DNA from: Ruditapes philippinarum
Lineage: Eukaryota
Assembly (NCBI RefSeq): GCF_026571515.1
Contig: NW_026852257.1
Span: forward strand, 1-64,000
Direction: 5' to 3'
DNA: 64,000 nt
The translations under genes and the position numbers were made by a program. The notes below the pieces were generated by a model. That model was not told the origin of the DNA, made no database searches, and worked only from the letters and a program-made list of their open reading frames with translations. Positions 52,024 to 64,000 of the stretch are shown one piece after another. Position 1 is the first letter of the stretch. The number at the start of each line of letters is the position of its first letter.

Positions 52024-52640
52024 TCAATACGCTACAACATTGAGGTTATTCCCTAATTCACAATACGCTACAGCATTGGGGTTATTCCCTGATTCACAAT
52101 ACGCTACAACATTGGGGTTATTCCCTGATTCACAATACGCTACAGCATTGGGGTTATTCCCTGATTCACAATACGCTACAGCATTGGGGTTATTCCCTGA
52201 TTCACAATACGCTACAACATTGGGGTTATTCCCTGATTCACAATACGCTACAACATTGAGGTTATTCCCTGATTCACAATACGCTACAGCATTGGGGTTA
52301 TTCCCTGATTCACAATACGCTACAGCATTGGGGTTATTCCCTGATTCATAATACGCTACAACATTGGGGTTATTCCCTGATTCACAATACGTACGCTACA
52401 GCATTGGGGTTATTCCCTGATTCACAATACGCTACAGCATTGGGGTTATTCCCTGATTCACAATATGCTACAACATTGGGGTTATTCCCTGATTCACAAT
52501 ACGCTACAGCATTGGGGTTATTCCCTGATTCACAATACGCTACAGCATTGGGGTTATTCCCTGATTCACAATACGCTTCAACATTAGGGTTATTCCCTGA
52601 TTCACAATACGCTACAACATTGGGGTTATTCCCTGATTCA
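52024..52640. repeat. 36-bp minisatellite (TTCACAATACGCTACAGCATTGGGGTTATTCCCTGA)n, ~17 units
   Basis: Head-to-tail units with no spacers. Confidence 0.95.
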
Positions 52641-52758
52641 GAGAGCTCTTGCGGAGGAGAAATTTTGAAAATAAGTCGATAACAGGCCTTAATGTACAAT
52701 TTATTGTAATCAGTTTTATTTTACTGTTGTTTTTTTTCTAGATGTATGAAACTGATGC

Positions 52759-52970
52759 AGGGCGTATGAGGCTGAGTGGTTAAGGTTTCTGATTTCAAAC
52801 CTCTCACCGTTGTAGGTATGTGTTCCTGTTTTCTTTCATATAAGAAAAACTATCCAGCTTGCTTGTTCTACTCATTTTGTCTGAAATAATGCACGGAGGG
52901 ACCTGAGATCTTTCTCCTCCAGTAAAGCTGGAAATTCGCTATATGACCTTACACTGTCTTGATCATGATG
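52759..52970 (+). mobile_element. tRNA-derived SINE, degraded
   Basis: A-box GGCTGAGTGGTTAAGG followed by body tctgaaataatgcacggagg...ccagtaaagctgga. Confidence 0.7.
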
Positions 52971-53152
52971 TTAGTAGACGGTTAGTACATTGTTCGGTTT
53001 TGCTAATCTTAAACGTTAGCTGTTTCTAACTACCGTTGACATCTTTATTTCTACCTTTATATAGATTGTCATTCAGTGCGCATGGTTAATAATAAGGCAA
53101 AATATGTTTGTCACAATGGTCCTAATGGGACCCTATGAAATAGTGAAAAACA

Positions 53153-53457
53153 GAATCCCTAAAGAAAGCCCAACACGGCAAAATTGTAAAATTTTATTGA
53201 GCCTGTTCATAAACGGTAATGGAAATTGCAAGTTACCGTCAACGTCCCCTAACACCAGCTTAAGCAGAATTCAATATTTAAACACTAAAATGGTGAATTT
53301 TGAATTTAGAAACATCCGCAGATGTGCTCATACCGCGGTTATCATGGAACCTTCAAAGTGACACAGTAGTGTCATTCCATGAAAAGCGGCGTATGGTCCC
53401 CAAGTAAAAGAATGCGTGTGCGCCAAACGAGAAAACAATGGACGGAACTAAATAAAA
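53153..53457. repeat. Dispersed repeat, copy of 9870-10190
   Basis: Co-linear match from aatccctaaagaaagcccaacacg to cggaactaaataaaa. Confidence 0.8.
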
Positions 53458-53805
53458 CACAGTATTTATCGACTTGAATTTGTCGAGTTTTTGTGTTTTC
53501 GTCATCGTGTCTTCGCATCTTCGTATCGTACTTTCGCAAGTATTGCTTATGTGCGAAAAATTCAAAATTCACCTACATTCATTTGTCTTGTAAGTCATAT
53601 GTCAATTTGCAGTATATGCATTCGAATTGAAATTCATCTGTGACATCAGTAAGATCATCAGAAACACTGGTAAAAGCGTCTGAAATAATCGTGTTCTCTT
53701 TCATGTCCTCGTAAGGTTCCTATAACAGCATCTTGGCACTTACTCACCCAAAACAGATGAACGTTTACTTCTTGTCTGCTTTTCTATTTCACATTTTGTC
53801 TTTTT

Positions 53806-54063
53806 NNNNNNNNNNNNNNNNNNNNNNNNNNNNNNNNNNNNNNNNNNNNNNNNNNNNNNNNNNNNNNNNNNNNNNNNNNNNNNNNNNNNNNNNNNNNNNN
53901 NNNNNNNNNNNNNNNNNNNNNNNNNNNNNNNNNNNNNNNNNNNNNNNNNNNNNNNNNNNNNNNNNNNNNNNNNNNNNNNNNNNNNNNNNNNNNNNNNNNN
54001 NNNNNNNNNNNNNNNNNNNNNNNNNNNNNNNNNNNNNNNNNNNNNNNNNNNNNNNNNNNNNNN
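53806..54063. other. Assembly gap
   Basis: Run of N. Confidence 1.
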
Positions 54064-55439
54064 AGTATATTATATACCGGTATGGTCCTTCATTATTTAA
54101 GAAATGTTGTATTTGTTTATTTATTCGCTCGACCTTTTCTACCTTTACTTTTTTTCTATGATTTAATATATATTTTTTTATTTTCTTTATAATATACCTG
54201 TTTCAACATTATGACACGGCTTAGATGCGGGTTTAAAACATTATGTTTTTTTGTCAATAAGTATGCCCAAACATAAACATAAAAAAATAACGAGGAAGTC
54301 GGCATATCAAACGTGACTGTGAGGAAATAAACAAATTGTTTTTCTTCCTTATTATGGAGGCGAGGGGGTACAAACATCATGTTTACAGGTAGCATGGAAT
54401 TTAAAATGTCTATATTTGAACAAAACAAATTGTTTTGGCCATTGCACGTATTTTAAGAGTTCTTTTGTTTATGCTATTGGTATGTTTGAATAAACATTGA
54501 CTTTTTTTCTAACCAATTATATTTGTACATTTTTTTCCTTTTAAAGTGAATTGTATTGTAAAAAGATTTTGTACTATGGAGGATAGTAAAACTATAGCAG
54601 ACATATATTGAAGCTATGTGAACAAAAGAATACAAATTTTACGCAGATTCCACAAATTTTAGCACTGTACCATTTCAAAATCGGAATGTTTCTGTTTAAA
54701 ATTATATTTTCTATTACATATTTATGAATCATATGCAAACTTTATCATGATTTTTGTCATGTTTTCAAATTAGATACTGCAGCTAGTATTGCTAAGTGTT
54801 ATAACTCGTCGAACACATCATTACTTCATCTATAAGATTTCGAAAATCGTTTCGTTTAAAAAAAAAAATTGATATCGTTTTCTTTCTGAACATTTTCGTG
54901 AACATTTTCTGGGGAAATATGTGTACTGAATATTGAATTATACCGAAGCAGTTCACATTTTTTGTGTGGCCATGTTAACTCAGAAAAGGGTGAGTAATTC
55001 TGACCTTTCCTAAGAATTGACATAAAAGAAAAGACAAACGAGGTAATTATCCTGCCCTTACACTCTCGACAGCCATTATCAAAACTTTTGAATATATTTC
55101 ATTATTAACATCAAAGTGAGATTATGTGAAACTTCAATCGTGTTCGTCTTTTATGAACGCGATAGTGAAATCCTAGCAAGTGTTTTTAATGAATCACACA
55201 CCCCTTTTTGACAAATAAAGATGCCGTTAATAATGTAATAACTCGAGATGGACATACACTACTCATATCACTAATAGTGTAATTACTCTGCTTGATTAAA
55301 ATCTTATTTCTATCTTGTTTTATTTACAATGCTACAATTATCATGGCTGTAAGTTATAGCGTGTCTACAACTGGCATCCCATGTCTCTTGTAGTCACATC
55401 GTGTACCTGTGAAATGTATGCACCGTTTTGAACTCAACG

Positions 55440-55530
55440 TATTTTCAAAATCAAAGGACATTGAACGAGTACACCTGAAATTCTGTAAATCTATATTCAG
55501 AGTGAAACAAAGTACTTGTAATGCTATCAA
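55440..55530 (+). mobile_element. LINE (RTEX-like) RT fragment
   Basis: Translates SKDIERVHLKFCKSIFRVKQSTCNA, typical of the post-RT region of these LINEs. Confidence 0.55.
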
Positions 55531-55747
55531 AAGGAAGGTTAAACTTGTATGTACATTTAAAAGAAAACTACGTGACAAAACTTATGACAAACACGGATGT
55601 GTTGATATTTCATTTGAAACCTGTACACGATAAAATCTGTGGATTCTTTTTATTTTTTATTTTATTCAACCTTTAGTCAGAGCTAATGTAACACAAACAT
55701 TTTTTTCCTGTTTATAAAATCATGAAACATTCTTAAATGGCATAACA

Positions 55748-55784
55748 CGTACACATGTATTTAAATTCTATTGGTTTGTAACTT
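55748..55784 (+). promoter_or_regulatory. Conserved upstream motif containing a CCAAT box, copy B
   Basis: Matches 49390-49426; similar distance (~130-140 nt) from the ATG. Confidence 0.45.
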
Positions 55785-55899
55785 CAACTTTGTAACCTGT
55801 GGAAGCCATCAATCATCAGCTTTAAATATTCGTGGAACAAGTTTTTGAAATATTAAATATAAAGCTTTTCTGTTAGAAAACAACTTTTGAGACTTAAAA

Positions 55900-57819
55900 A
55901 TGAGTTTATTTGGATATAAAGCTGTTATCCTTTTGTTAAATGTTTGGATTGTAAATTCATCCATGTTTAGAAATGACTGTCATGTTACGACATGGACAGA
56001 GTGGAGTCTTTCGGGACAATATACGGAATCAAGATCAAGAAAAATAATATGGCTGCCACCTGGAGGTGTCTCATTGTGCCCACCACTTTGTGAAACAAGA
56101 GGTTAAAGTGTTTAATCTTTTAAATCTTTTAGAAAAACGTTATTATTCAAATAATTATATTGTTTCAAACATATTTTACGAGACAATCGGTGTGCTCTAT
56201 AAAGTGGTTTTGTGTTGTTTTACCATAGATTTGTTTTCTAAATTGCTTTTATCTTTCATTAAATAAATCATGTTTTTATTTTTCAAAGACAAACTTTGCA
56301 TAATATCTTTTTGCACACATTTTCCACAGAAATAAAAGCAGACTGCAAAGTTTCAGAATGGTCTGAATGGGGAGGAAATTTTGGATTCGGACAACAGCTT
56401 AGAACCAGAAATGTGACACAAAATCCCATGGGAACAGGGAACCAGTGTCCAAACCTTATCGAAAACAGATACATAGGTAAGATGCGAGAGAGAGAGACAA
56501 GTTATATTAATGATATTAATTCAAACGACATTTATCAACATCAAAATCAAAGAATCTGTATTGATCAGGATCTTTGTGAATGTACAATAATAAATAAAAA
56601 AATATTGTTTGTTTCAGAAAAAAATGTTGTTTCTGTCTACATTTGTTATTTAACAAGATCACCTTTTCACATTCCACTTATTAACGTGAAGTGTGTTTAT
56701 TTAACTAACATCTATCCAAATCAATAATTTGTCCATTCCCTTGTGGTGATACAAAGAACTATTCTATATTCATTTAGATAAAACACCTACAGTTATTGAG
56801 ACTGCAAAAAATGTTGAACAGTATTTTATACGAACAAGGTCTAACCCATACCCTGGTGAATGGCTACATGCACTTGTGCGACGACAGACCGCTCAAGGAA
56901 GTGTCCGGGACCTACTTCTCATCATGGACAGCTCTGGTAGTATAGGGCAGACTAATTTTCAGAAGGCCAACAAGGAGATAAGCACATTGATAGGTTTGCT
57001 TTGCCCAGAAAATCCATTTAATAAGATGAATGGACAGTATCAGTACAATCAAGCTGCTATGCTCACATTTTCTTCAACTGTTTATCAAAATTTCGACTTT
57101 GATGACTATGCAACCACCGAGGATATTCAAGGAGCGATTACAAAGGCTAGGTATTATGGTGGTGGAACAAATACTGCAGAAGCCTTCATACAAGCACTTG
57201 GGATGTTCCAATCTTCTAAAGGTGAGTATTCATAATCAACATCTGATTGTTTTTTTTTTTCTTTTAAGGCTTGTTTTTTTTTAAATAAGATTCATCATAT
57301 ATTCGTTGTATTCAGATTAAGGCGTACCTTTTTCATACATTTATTCCTACTTTGAGATTTCTCCCACTTCATAACTAATTGCTTCAAATTAAGCAGAAAT
57401 GATACTTTTGGTTTAATTAAAAGATAAGGAAATTTAAAAATTATACGTAATAAAATATGTCAACGAAGAAACTTCAAAAAATGGGAGGGTTGCAATGTTG
57501 CATTTGTTTTTAAGGTTACAGAAATTCATCCGAAGTGAAGCCTGAAGTGTTGATATTCACCGATGGCCAATCTAACAATCGCCAGCAAACATTGCAAGCT
57601 GTCGAGGAGCTTCGTAAGGTAGCTGACGTGTACGGACTTATGATTGGTGGTTTCACAGAGCGTGGCAAAGACGAACTGACTGCCTATGTATCTGCGCCTA
57701 TCAACGAGCATCTCTTCTATGTTGAATCATATACAGAACTTGAAGCATTGGTCAAGTATCTTTCCGATGAGAAGAAACAAGCAGGCGCATGGTGGTGTGC
57801 TCCATTTAATGTCGGTTGA
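55900..57819 (+). CDS. Secreted TSP1-TSP1-vWA protein, copy B, 4 exons, 365 aa, intact
   Basis: Exons 55900-56101, 56330-56476, 56778-57221 and 57515-57819 (1098 nt; all phase-1 GT-AG introns). Signal peptide; two spondin-type TSP1 repeats (DCHVTTWTEWS; DCKVSEWSEWG...RTRNVTQNP...CPNL); vWA with DLLLIMDSSGSI, GGTNTAEA, IFTDGQSN. Confidence 0.92.
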
Positions 57820-58884
57820 AAGTGGACCGCAAACGATGGATTGATTGTTATAGAAATATATACAACTTTCAAGATGTGGACAATTTTTAACAAAAACATA
57901 CAAATGCTATTATTTAACCAACATAAAGGAACAGATCCGTTACTAGAAAATATTCATTTATTATGTTTTGATATTTGTTAGTTACATCTTTGTATTAATC
58001 AATTAAAGATAGTTTTAACTGTAATGTTTTATCTTCTCGTGTGTGCGATATTCCTATGTTGTGGGAAAGTTCTTGAATGTTCCGGGAAACAGAATAAATC
58101 TACGCGAACTAAAATATGTATTTCTCAAAAATCAAAGAGGTATATACAAGAAAGCTTCTCTTATCTGTTTCACTATTTTAGTTTATTTAGATTTTTATAC
58201 TCAATCATATAATAAAACTTTTTATTACAGAGTATAGGTGTGCCAAGTTGCATAACTGTTCAATCTTAATATGATAGCATACTACTACTCATGAATGATT
58301 TTCTTTCAAATGTAACTTACAAGTATGGATGATCATCACTCTATGAAAAGTACAATATGTGTGTTTCTTGCTGCAATATGTTTTCTGCATCAAATAACCA
58401 AAATAAATGTTTTTTTACAGAATACTTCAAGGTATTTTTACTTTAAATTTGTTTGTGTATGACTTCCATACCCAATTCCCTCCTCAATTTCTAAAGGAGA
58501 CAGTCGGATCCAGACAAAACCAAACTATTGATCGAATTATTATTTTTAATTATTTTAACATGTCTAGTGATTTTGTCACTACACACAAAGAAGAAAAGAG
58601 GGTGTTAACTGACGATACACACTGGTTACGGGCTAAAAGAATGTGTGCCAGTTTCATTTTCTCCCTCCGATATAACGGCATTTTCTCCCTCCGATATAAC
58701 GGTTGGCGCAATAATAATAACAACGCATTTTTATTGATACTCGCATTTTCCGTTCTTAAATGTTTTCCTTTCATATGATGCAAAAAATAACATCTCACAT
58801 ACAAGAACGCCACAGGAAATAATCTCCGCTTGAAAAAACAAAAGATTAGTGATTTTAATTTCCCTTATTTTGTCTTGTTAGAAT

Positions 58885-59026
58885 CGGAATAATATCGGTC
58901 TCAGTGGGGTTTATCGGCTATTTAACATCAGTTTTTTTTCGTTTTGATGCAAATAAATAATGCTCCTCAAAAAATCTCCAAACTGGTGCCGATAAACACC
59001 CATGAGACCGATATTATTTCTCAAAT
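58885..59026. mobile_element. Palindromic MITE-like remnant
   Basis: aataatatcggtctca...gtttatcggc pairs with gccgataaac...tgagaccgatattatt. Confidence 0.6.
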
Positions 59027-59894
59027 AAAAAATACACTTGGCCATTGCAAAGTGGGAATTGCGTCAAAGAAATGTTTCTTTATGTTATTATTTGTACTTA
59101 AATGGATAGATATATAAATCTAAACCTTAAGGGTAATCTTTTTCTTAATATACTTATACAAGAAATTTAAAAATTAATCAAAATTTCTTTGTACAAGGTC
59201 GACAGAACGCGTTCGAAATAAACATTAAAATATTTACGAATGTAGTCATTCGATGTTTAAAGGCATTTTATGCCTCAGAAAAAACATTTTCTTTCTTAAT
59301 AAAGGATAAAATGTGAGTATTATGTGATTTAGATAATAGATTTAGAGCTTGTGAGATGTTTATCACATAGAAAAGGTAGTTTTTTTCTAATACCAAGTTA
59401 GTGTTGTGAATGTATTGTATTAATTTTACACTACTTAATAATACGAACAGCTGTACATTGTGATACAAAGATGGTTGTAAATATTATTAAAAGCGCCAAT
59501 TTATGTAAAGGTACAATTTTGGAAATATAAGAAGAAAATGAACACCGTTTTCACATAAAATTCGAGCACCAATGGTCATATTAATGTAATGAAATTAGTC
59601 TCTGTTAACAGTGCCTGAGATAGAACACGTTAAATACGGGTGTTCACTTCAAACGTTCACCAACTTACATGGACACTACGACAGATCCGTAGTGGGCAAC
59701 TTCAATTAGTGTTTGCAAACAAGAAGATGTAATACACGCGCTATATTTTCACATTTCTTTCAGAATTTAGTTTAATAATATTTTATTGCATATATAAATA
59801 TACATCGATTCATTTACATTAACAAAATTACACAATATACAAAAGGGTTGGGCCAAAAGTTTTTTTTTTCTTCCAGAATTATATCTTCCATACA

Positions 59895-62800
59895 GACTGT
59901 AGCATACAGTGTATAGCGTATATAGCGTAAAGCGGTTATCTGAAAGTTAAACATTTATACTTTCAATAATAACATAAATACAAACAACATACAAACAGTT
60001 CATATATACAATGGTATCTGTGCCCGACACTTAGTAAATTAAAACGCACAAAATTCGTACTTTACATTCCGGAATCTTAACTTCAACTGCAACTTAGAAA
60101 GGCGGAATTTTCTTGCATTTGCATAAAATTATTATTTCTAGGGACAGTAGTTACCAACCAAAATGCAAAATACGCCCTAAGTTATTAAAAGTAAAATTGC
60201 ATTTTCTAAATATGTGGATCATTAATTAGTAGGGATCGCTTAGTTCTGGCAGGGACCAGAGCGCACTAAACTAACGCCTCCGTTTGAACTTATTCAAAGA
60301 TGGCTGTCTGCGCCATATGAATTTCCCCCACACTAAGGGGCTTACTACTTACCTTACTGTAAAAATTTCGTCTTTGGGGGGATTTTCTTAATTAAGAAAA
60401 ACTTAAACGCAGTAGCCAACCGGCTGCATGCCAGTCGGAGAACTTACTAAGTAACGTATTCATACCCGAATTATACTTACTATGAGTGTTTAGTACACAA
60501 GCCTGAGGTTTGAGCTCTATGTCATCCTCATTTACGATTGCGTTACTGACCTGCTCTGGCCACTCGGATTAACTCCCCTTGACGCAATGTCAGCAGGGTT
60601 ACTCTTTGAGGGTACATACCTCCAGTCATGTGGTGACGTCACTTCTTGAACTATTGCTAGTCTATTTGCAACGAAAGTTTTGAACCTTTCGTTTTATTTC
60701 TTATGTACCCAAAAACAACCATAGAGTCCGTCAAAAGTACTTTTCAGTAACCTCGATGTCAAGCTCCTCCATGAAAATCTGGTACAGTTTTACAGCAACT
60801 ACACCAAGACCGCCAGAATTACTGTTAGTAAGGTCAGGACCTTGTGTCAGATTGTCATTCAGTGATGTGCCATGATACTTAGCAGCACAGGCAAAGACAA
60901 TCCTTTTCTTACCCGGCTTCTTTGAGGTAGATACCAAATACGGCCGGGTTCGAATCCCGTTCTGGTATCTGATAAGGAAGCATAGTCCTTTTCAATACAC
61001 CCATTTCCCTTTACTTTATACAGCTTTATTATCTCGCTTCAAATAAGAAAGTCATACCGTAGCCATCTTAACTTTATTTTGAAGGCTTACGTGTGGGTTT
61101 CTCAACGGATTCCCAATTTGTAATGACCGTTTCCTTTTATTGCTGTAACTTTCTTTACGGAAAGTGCACGACGATCTTCCTGTGACATCCCTGTGCAACT
61201 CTTGTCATCTGGGAAGCTGGTTGCTTATAACGTATCGATTTGCAACAGTGTACTAGATGCAAACTGAAAATTGATACTACCCTATCATTTGATGATTCAT
61301 TATATGTAGGTCCGATAATACTCCAGCCTTATATCGACTTGATTGCAAAGTCCTCCCCTCTATTCCCCCTTCACTACTCCTCTACCTAGAATACATCTGG
61401 GATGTCGCTTCCCACAAGCAACTCAACTTTGTTTACACCCATTTTCGGTAAATTGATACCATTAAGGTGCTTCCACTTACCTGTCTTAACTGTCACAGAC
61501 CGGTCTGGTAACGACTGCAATGATATAGGCAGGGTTTTTACCTTTTAAGATCAATAACCTGACCCCAATTGATACACTTACCTGTAGTTGTACTTCTTTG
61601 CCATTATTATTTTGACCAGATTTGTTCACTGAAGTTAACGTGAACTTACAAGGTTTACTTTCAACCCAAAGCCTTTTTACAAGGCTATCGCTACAAAGTG
61701 TTACATCACTCCCTTCATCAAGGAGAGCATAAGTTTCTACTTGTATAGTTTTTGTTCCTACGACGACAGGAACTGTGCGCAAACTTACCTGTTTACACCG
61801 CAATTCGGAAGCGGCAACATATTTATCCTTAACACTTTTAAATTGTTGGCTTTTGTCAGAATGTCGGTGAAACATTGTATTGTGTTTCCCGGTACAACAT
61901 GATACCTCACAAAACTGTTAGATCTACAAGTTTCGGCATCATGTTTGATACAGTTTTCACACATTTCATACTCTCTGATAACCCTCGGCTTTGAATCAAT
62001 ATCAATTGACCGAAACTCTGCGCATTCCCTTAATTGCTGGGTCATCTTACAGTTTACCTGAGTTTCTCTTATCAGAGCCAGTGGACAACGCAAGCTGTGA
62101 AGGTTTTAGTTGAGAATTTCGATGCGAATTCACCGTTTGTTTACTGGACTCATTCGCAAGATCATAACCATACATTGTATTTGTTACAATTGACCGTTCC
62201 TTTACAAAGGTTAGAAGATTACTGAAACTTGGTTCGAGCCCCTGCTCTATCAGGCGACTTGCATGTTCGAACAACTGGATCCGAATGTGAAGCATAAGTC
62301 TCCTCACTATTGTTCGCAGATTTTCTATATTATTTACATCGGATACGAAACCTAGCTGAGTTAGAGTTATGTGACATTTCTCCATATGGAGTGACAGGTT
62401 CAGTAGACCTTTTACGTCATTATTCTTTATGGCACTGCCATTTACCAAATAACCTACATGAGACCTGTAAAATACACATTCTTCAATACAATATTTGGCT
62501 GAATAAATAATTTAATCTTAATCTATTATCACTTAACCCTAGCCTCAATATTCATTTCGAAGTTGCTGAGTAATTTACAATAAGCATCAAGATACCCATT
62601 AAATTAAATTAGTTCATATTAAGGTTAACCATAAACTTGTGAAGATATAACTAAGTTACAAACGTTCTCACTACATGTATTAATATTTCTAGGTAAGTCC
62701 ATTACGTAATTTTCTACTAGGACGTCAGTTGCTATGGCGTACGGTAACGTAACGCGTATCTTTCGTTGAAAATTAATTTCTCTTCCTCCAGCTTAGCCAG

Positions 62801-63075
62801 TTCTAGTTCGTACCGGGCCGACTGTAGTTCAAGCTCCCGACGAACCTCCTCGCTTCTTCGTTTTGCTGCTTGCTTTTCCTTTGACTGCAGTTCTGCCCTC
62901 CGCTTACATGAGGCTGTAGAGCTACATGTTACTACAGAATTTTCGCGGTGTTTCATCATACAGCCCATAGCATACAGCGTATAGCGTATATAGCGTATAG
63001 CGGTTATCTGAGAGTTATTCATTAATTCTTTCAAAAATTGCACAAATACAAACAACATACAAACAATTCATACAG
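59895..63075 (-). mobile_element. Decayed BEL/Pao retrotransposon (different family)
   Basis: Fragmented frames: gag (NIENLRTIVRRL), protease [37 protein letters not shown], RNase H FVANR...WRYVPSKSNPADIASRG; ~110-bp direct repeat at 59900 and 62968. Confidence 0.8.
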
Positions 63076-64000
63076 ATAGATAGATAGATAATTTATTGAC
63101 GTATACATTCAGTACATAGTCATATTACACACATTTATATAGTACAATCAAATACAATATCATGGTACATGAACAAAGTTGTAGCACAAATTTTCAATTT
63201 ACATAATTATTTTTTGAGAATGAACGTTAACACCATTTAGTACTAAAGTGAGCTTATCTATTATAAAGCGTTTACATTCTTTAAGATATAAAAATAATGG
63301 ATTTTAAACTTAATCATATGCTGTGATAAGATTCCATTTAACAATGTTTCATACTAGACATATTATCAAGTTATTTCAAGAAATAACAATATCACTTTTG
63401 AATATAAAGAGACAAATTTATACATTGATTTACAGAGCATTTAGTAGTTCAATTCGATGTTTTGTAGCATAATAACAATATTTACCTAAACCTATTAATT
63501 CAGACTTCTTTTCAGTACTTAATAATTCAATCAATTTGAACATACTTGGTCTTCTGTAGTAGTATTGCTTAATGTAAAGAGAACGTATATTAGAGTAACT
63601 ATTACAAACACATATAAAATGGAATTCATCCTCTATTTCATTACTATCGCAAAGCTGACATATGCGTTCCTCTCGGGGTAATCTATTAGCACCATATCTA
63701 CCTGTTTCAATCCGAAGTTTGTGTGACGATAATCTTAATCTTGCTATGCAATTTCTATAAGTTCTGTTATGGAGAATTTTCAGGTAGTTTGCCATTTCAA
63801 ATGAGTTATGCAAATGTACATATATATTACTTAACAATGGACTGTTTGAAATATCGCTAGAAAGTTTTTGCAAAAAGCAGTCAATCATCCTTTGTTTAAA
63901 AAGTTTAACAAAATATTTGGCTTCGTATTGAAATGGGTTGTTCCAAACATCAGAAAACCCGTACTCATTTAACATTCCATGTACTTTAGAAGCCCAACAT
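63076..64000 (-). mobile_element. 3' end of a LINE (RTEX-like), continues beyond the window
   Basis: ORF 63430-63975 with RLSSHKLRIETGRY and CCHC finger RICQLC..EDEFHFICVC; the 3'UTR ends AATAAA + (ATCT)n. Confidence 0.85.

Noticed and set aside
51995-52699. Repeat proteins LGLFPDSQYATA / ESGNNPNAVAYC, or CRISPR (36-bp unit)
   Set aside because: The frame is broken by a stop and a 4-bp insertion within the array; no splice or signal context and no spacers.
53733-54161. 142-aa ORF
   Set aside because: Artefact spanning the N gap.

Overview
AT-rich eukaryotic DNA with GT-AG introns. The repeat landscape (Helentron-type interspersed elements, tRNA-SINEs, BEL/Pao, L2/CR1- and RTEX-like LINEs) suggests a mollusc, probably a bivalve; this is inference. 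Four host genes are supported. (1) A single-coding-exon secreted LRR + FN3 protein (6252-8339, -). (2) A complete 12-coding-exon fatty acyl-CoA reductase (21062-33540, -, 516 aa). (3, 4) A divergent pair of 4-exon paralogs encoding signal peptide + 2x TSP1 + vWA; the left copy (41384-49262, -) is disrupted in exon 3 by a young, full-length BEL/Pao LTR retrotransposon, while the right copy (55900-57819, +) is intact. The rest is dense in mobile and repetitive DNA: a 1.35-kb foldback element with an 8-bp TSD, an IS3EU-like element with palindromic 21-bp arrays and a 6-bp TSD, a near-intact LINE nested in a SINE, a MITE with a 2-kb internal satellite, four Helentron-type elements, a Kolobok-like MITE, minisatellites, a decayed BEL element and a LINE 3' end. 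There is one N gap. I found no CRISPR array, rRNA or bona fide tRNA gene. The best novelty candidates are the TSP1-TSP1-vWA gene pair, the IS3EU-like element and the secreted LRR-FN3 protein; novelty cannot be proven without database searches.
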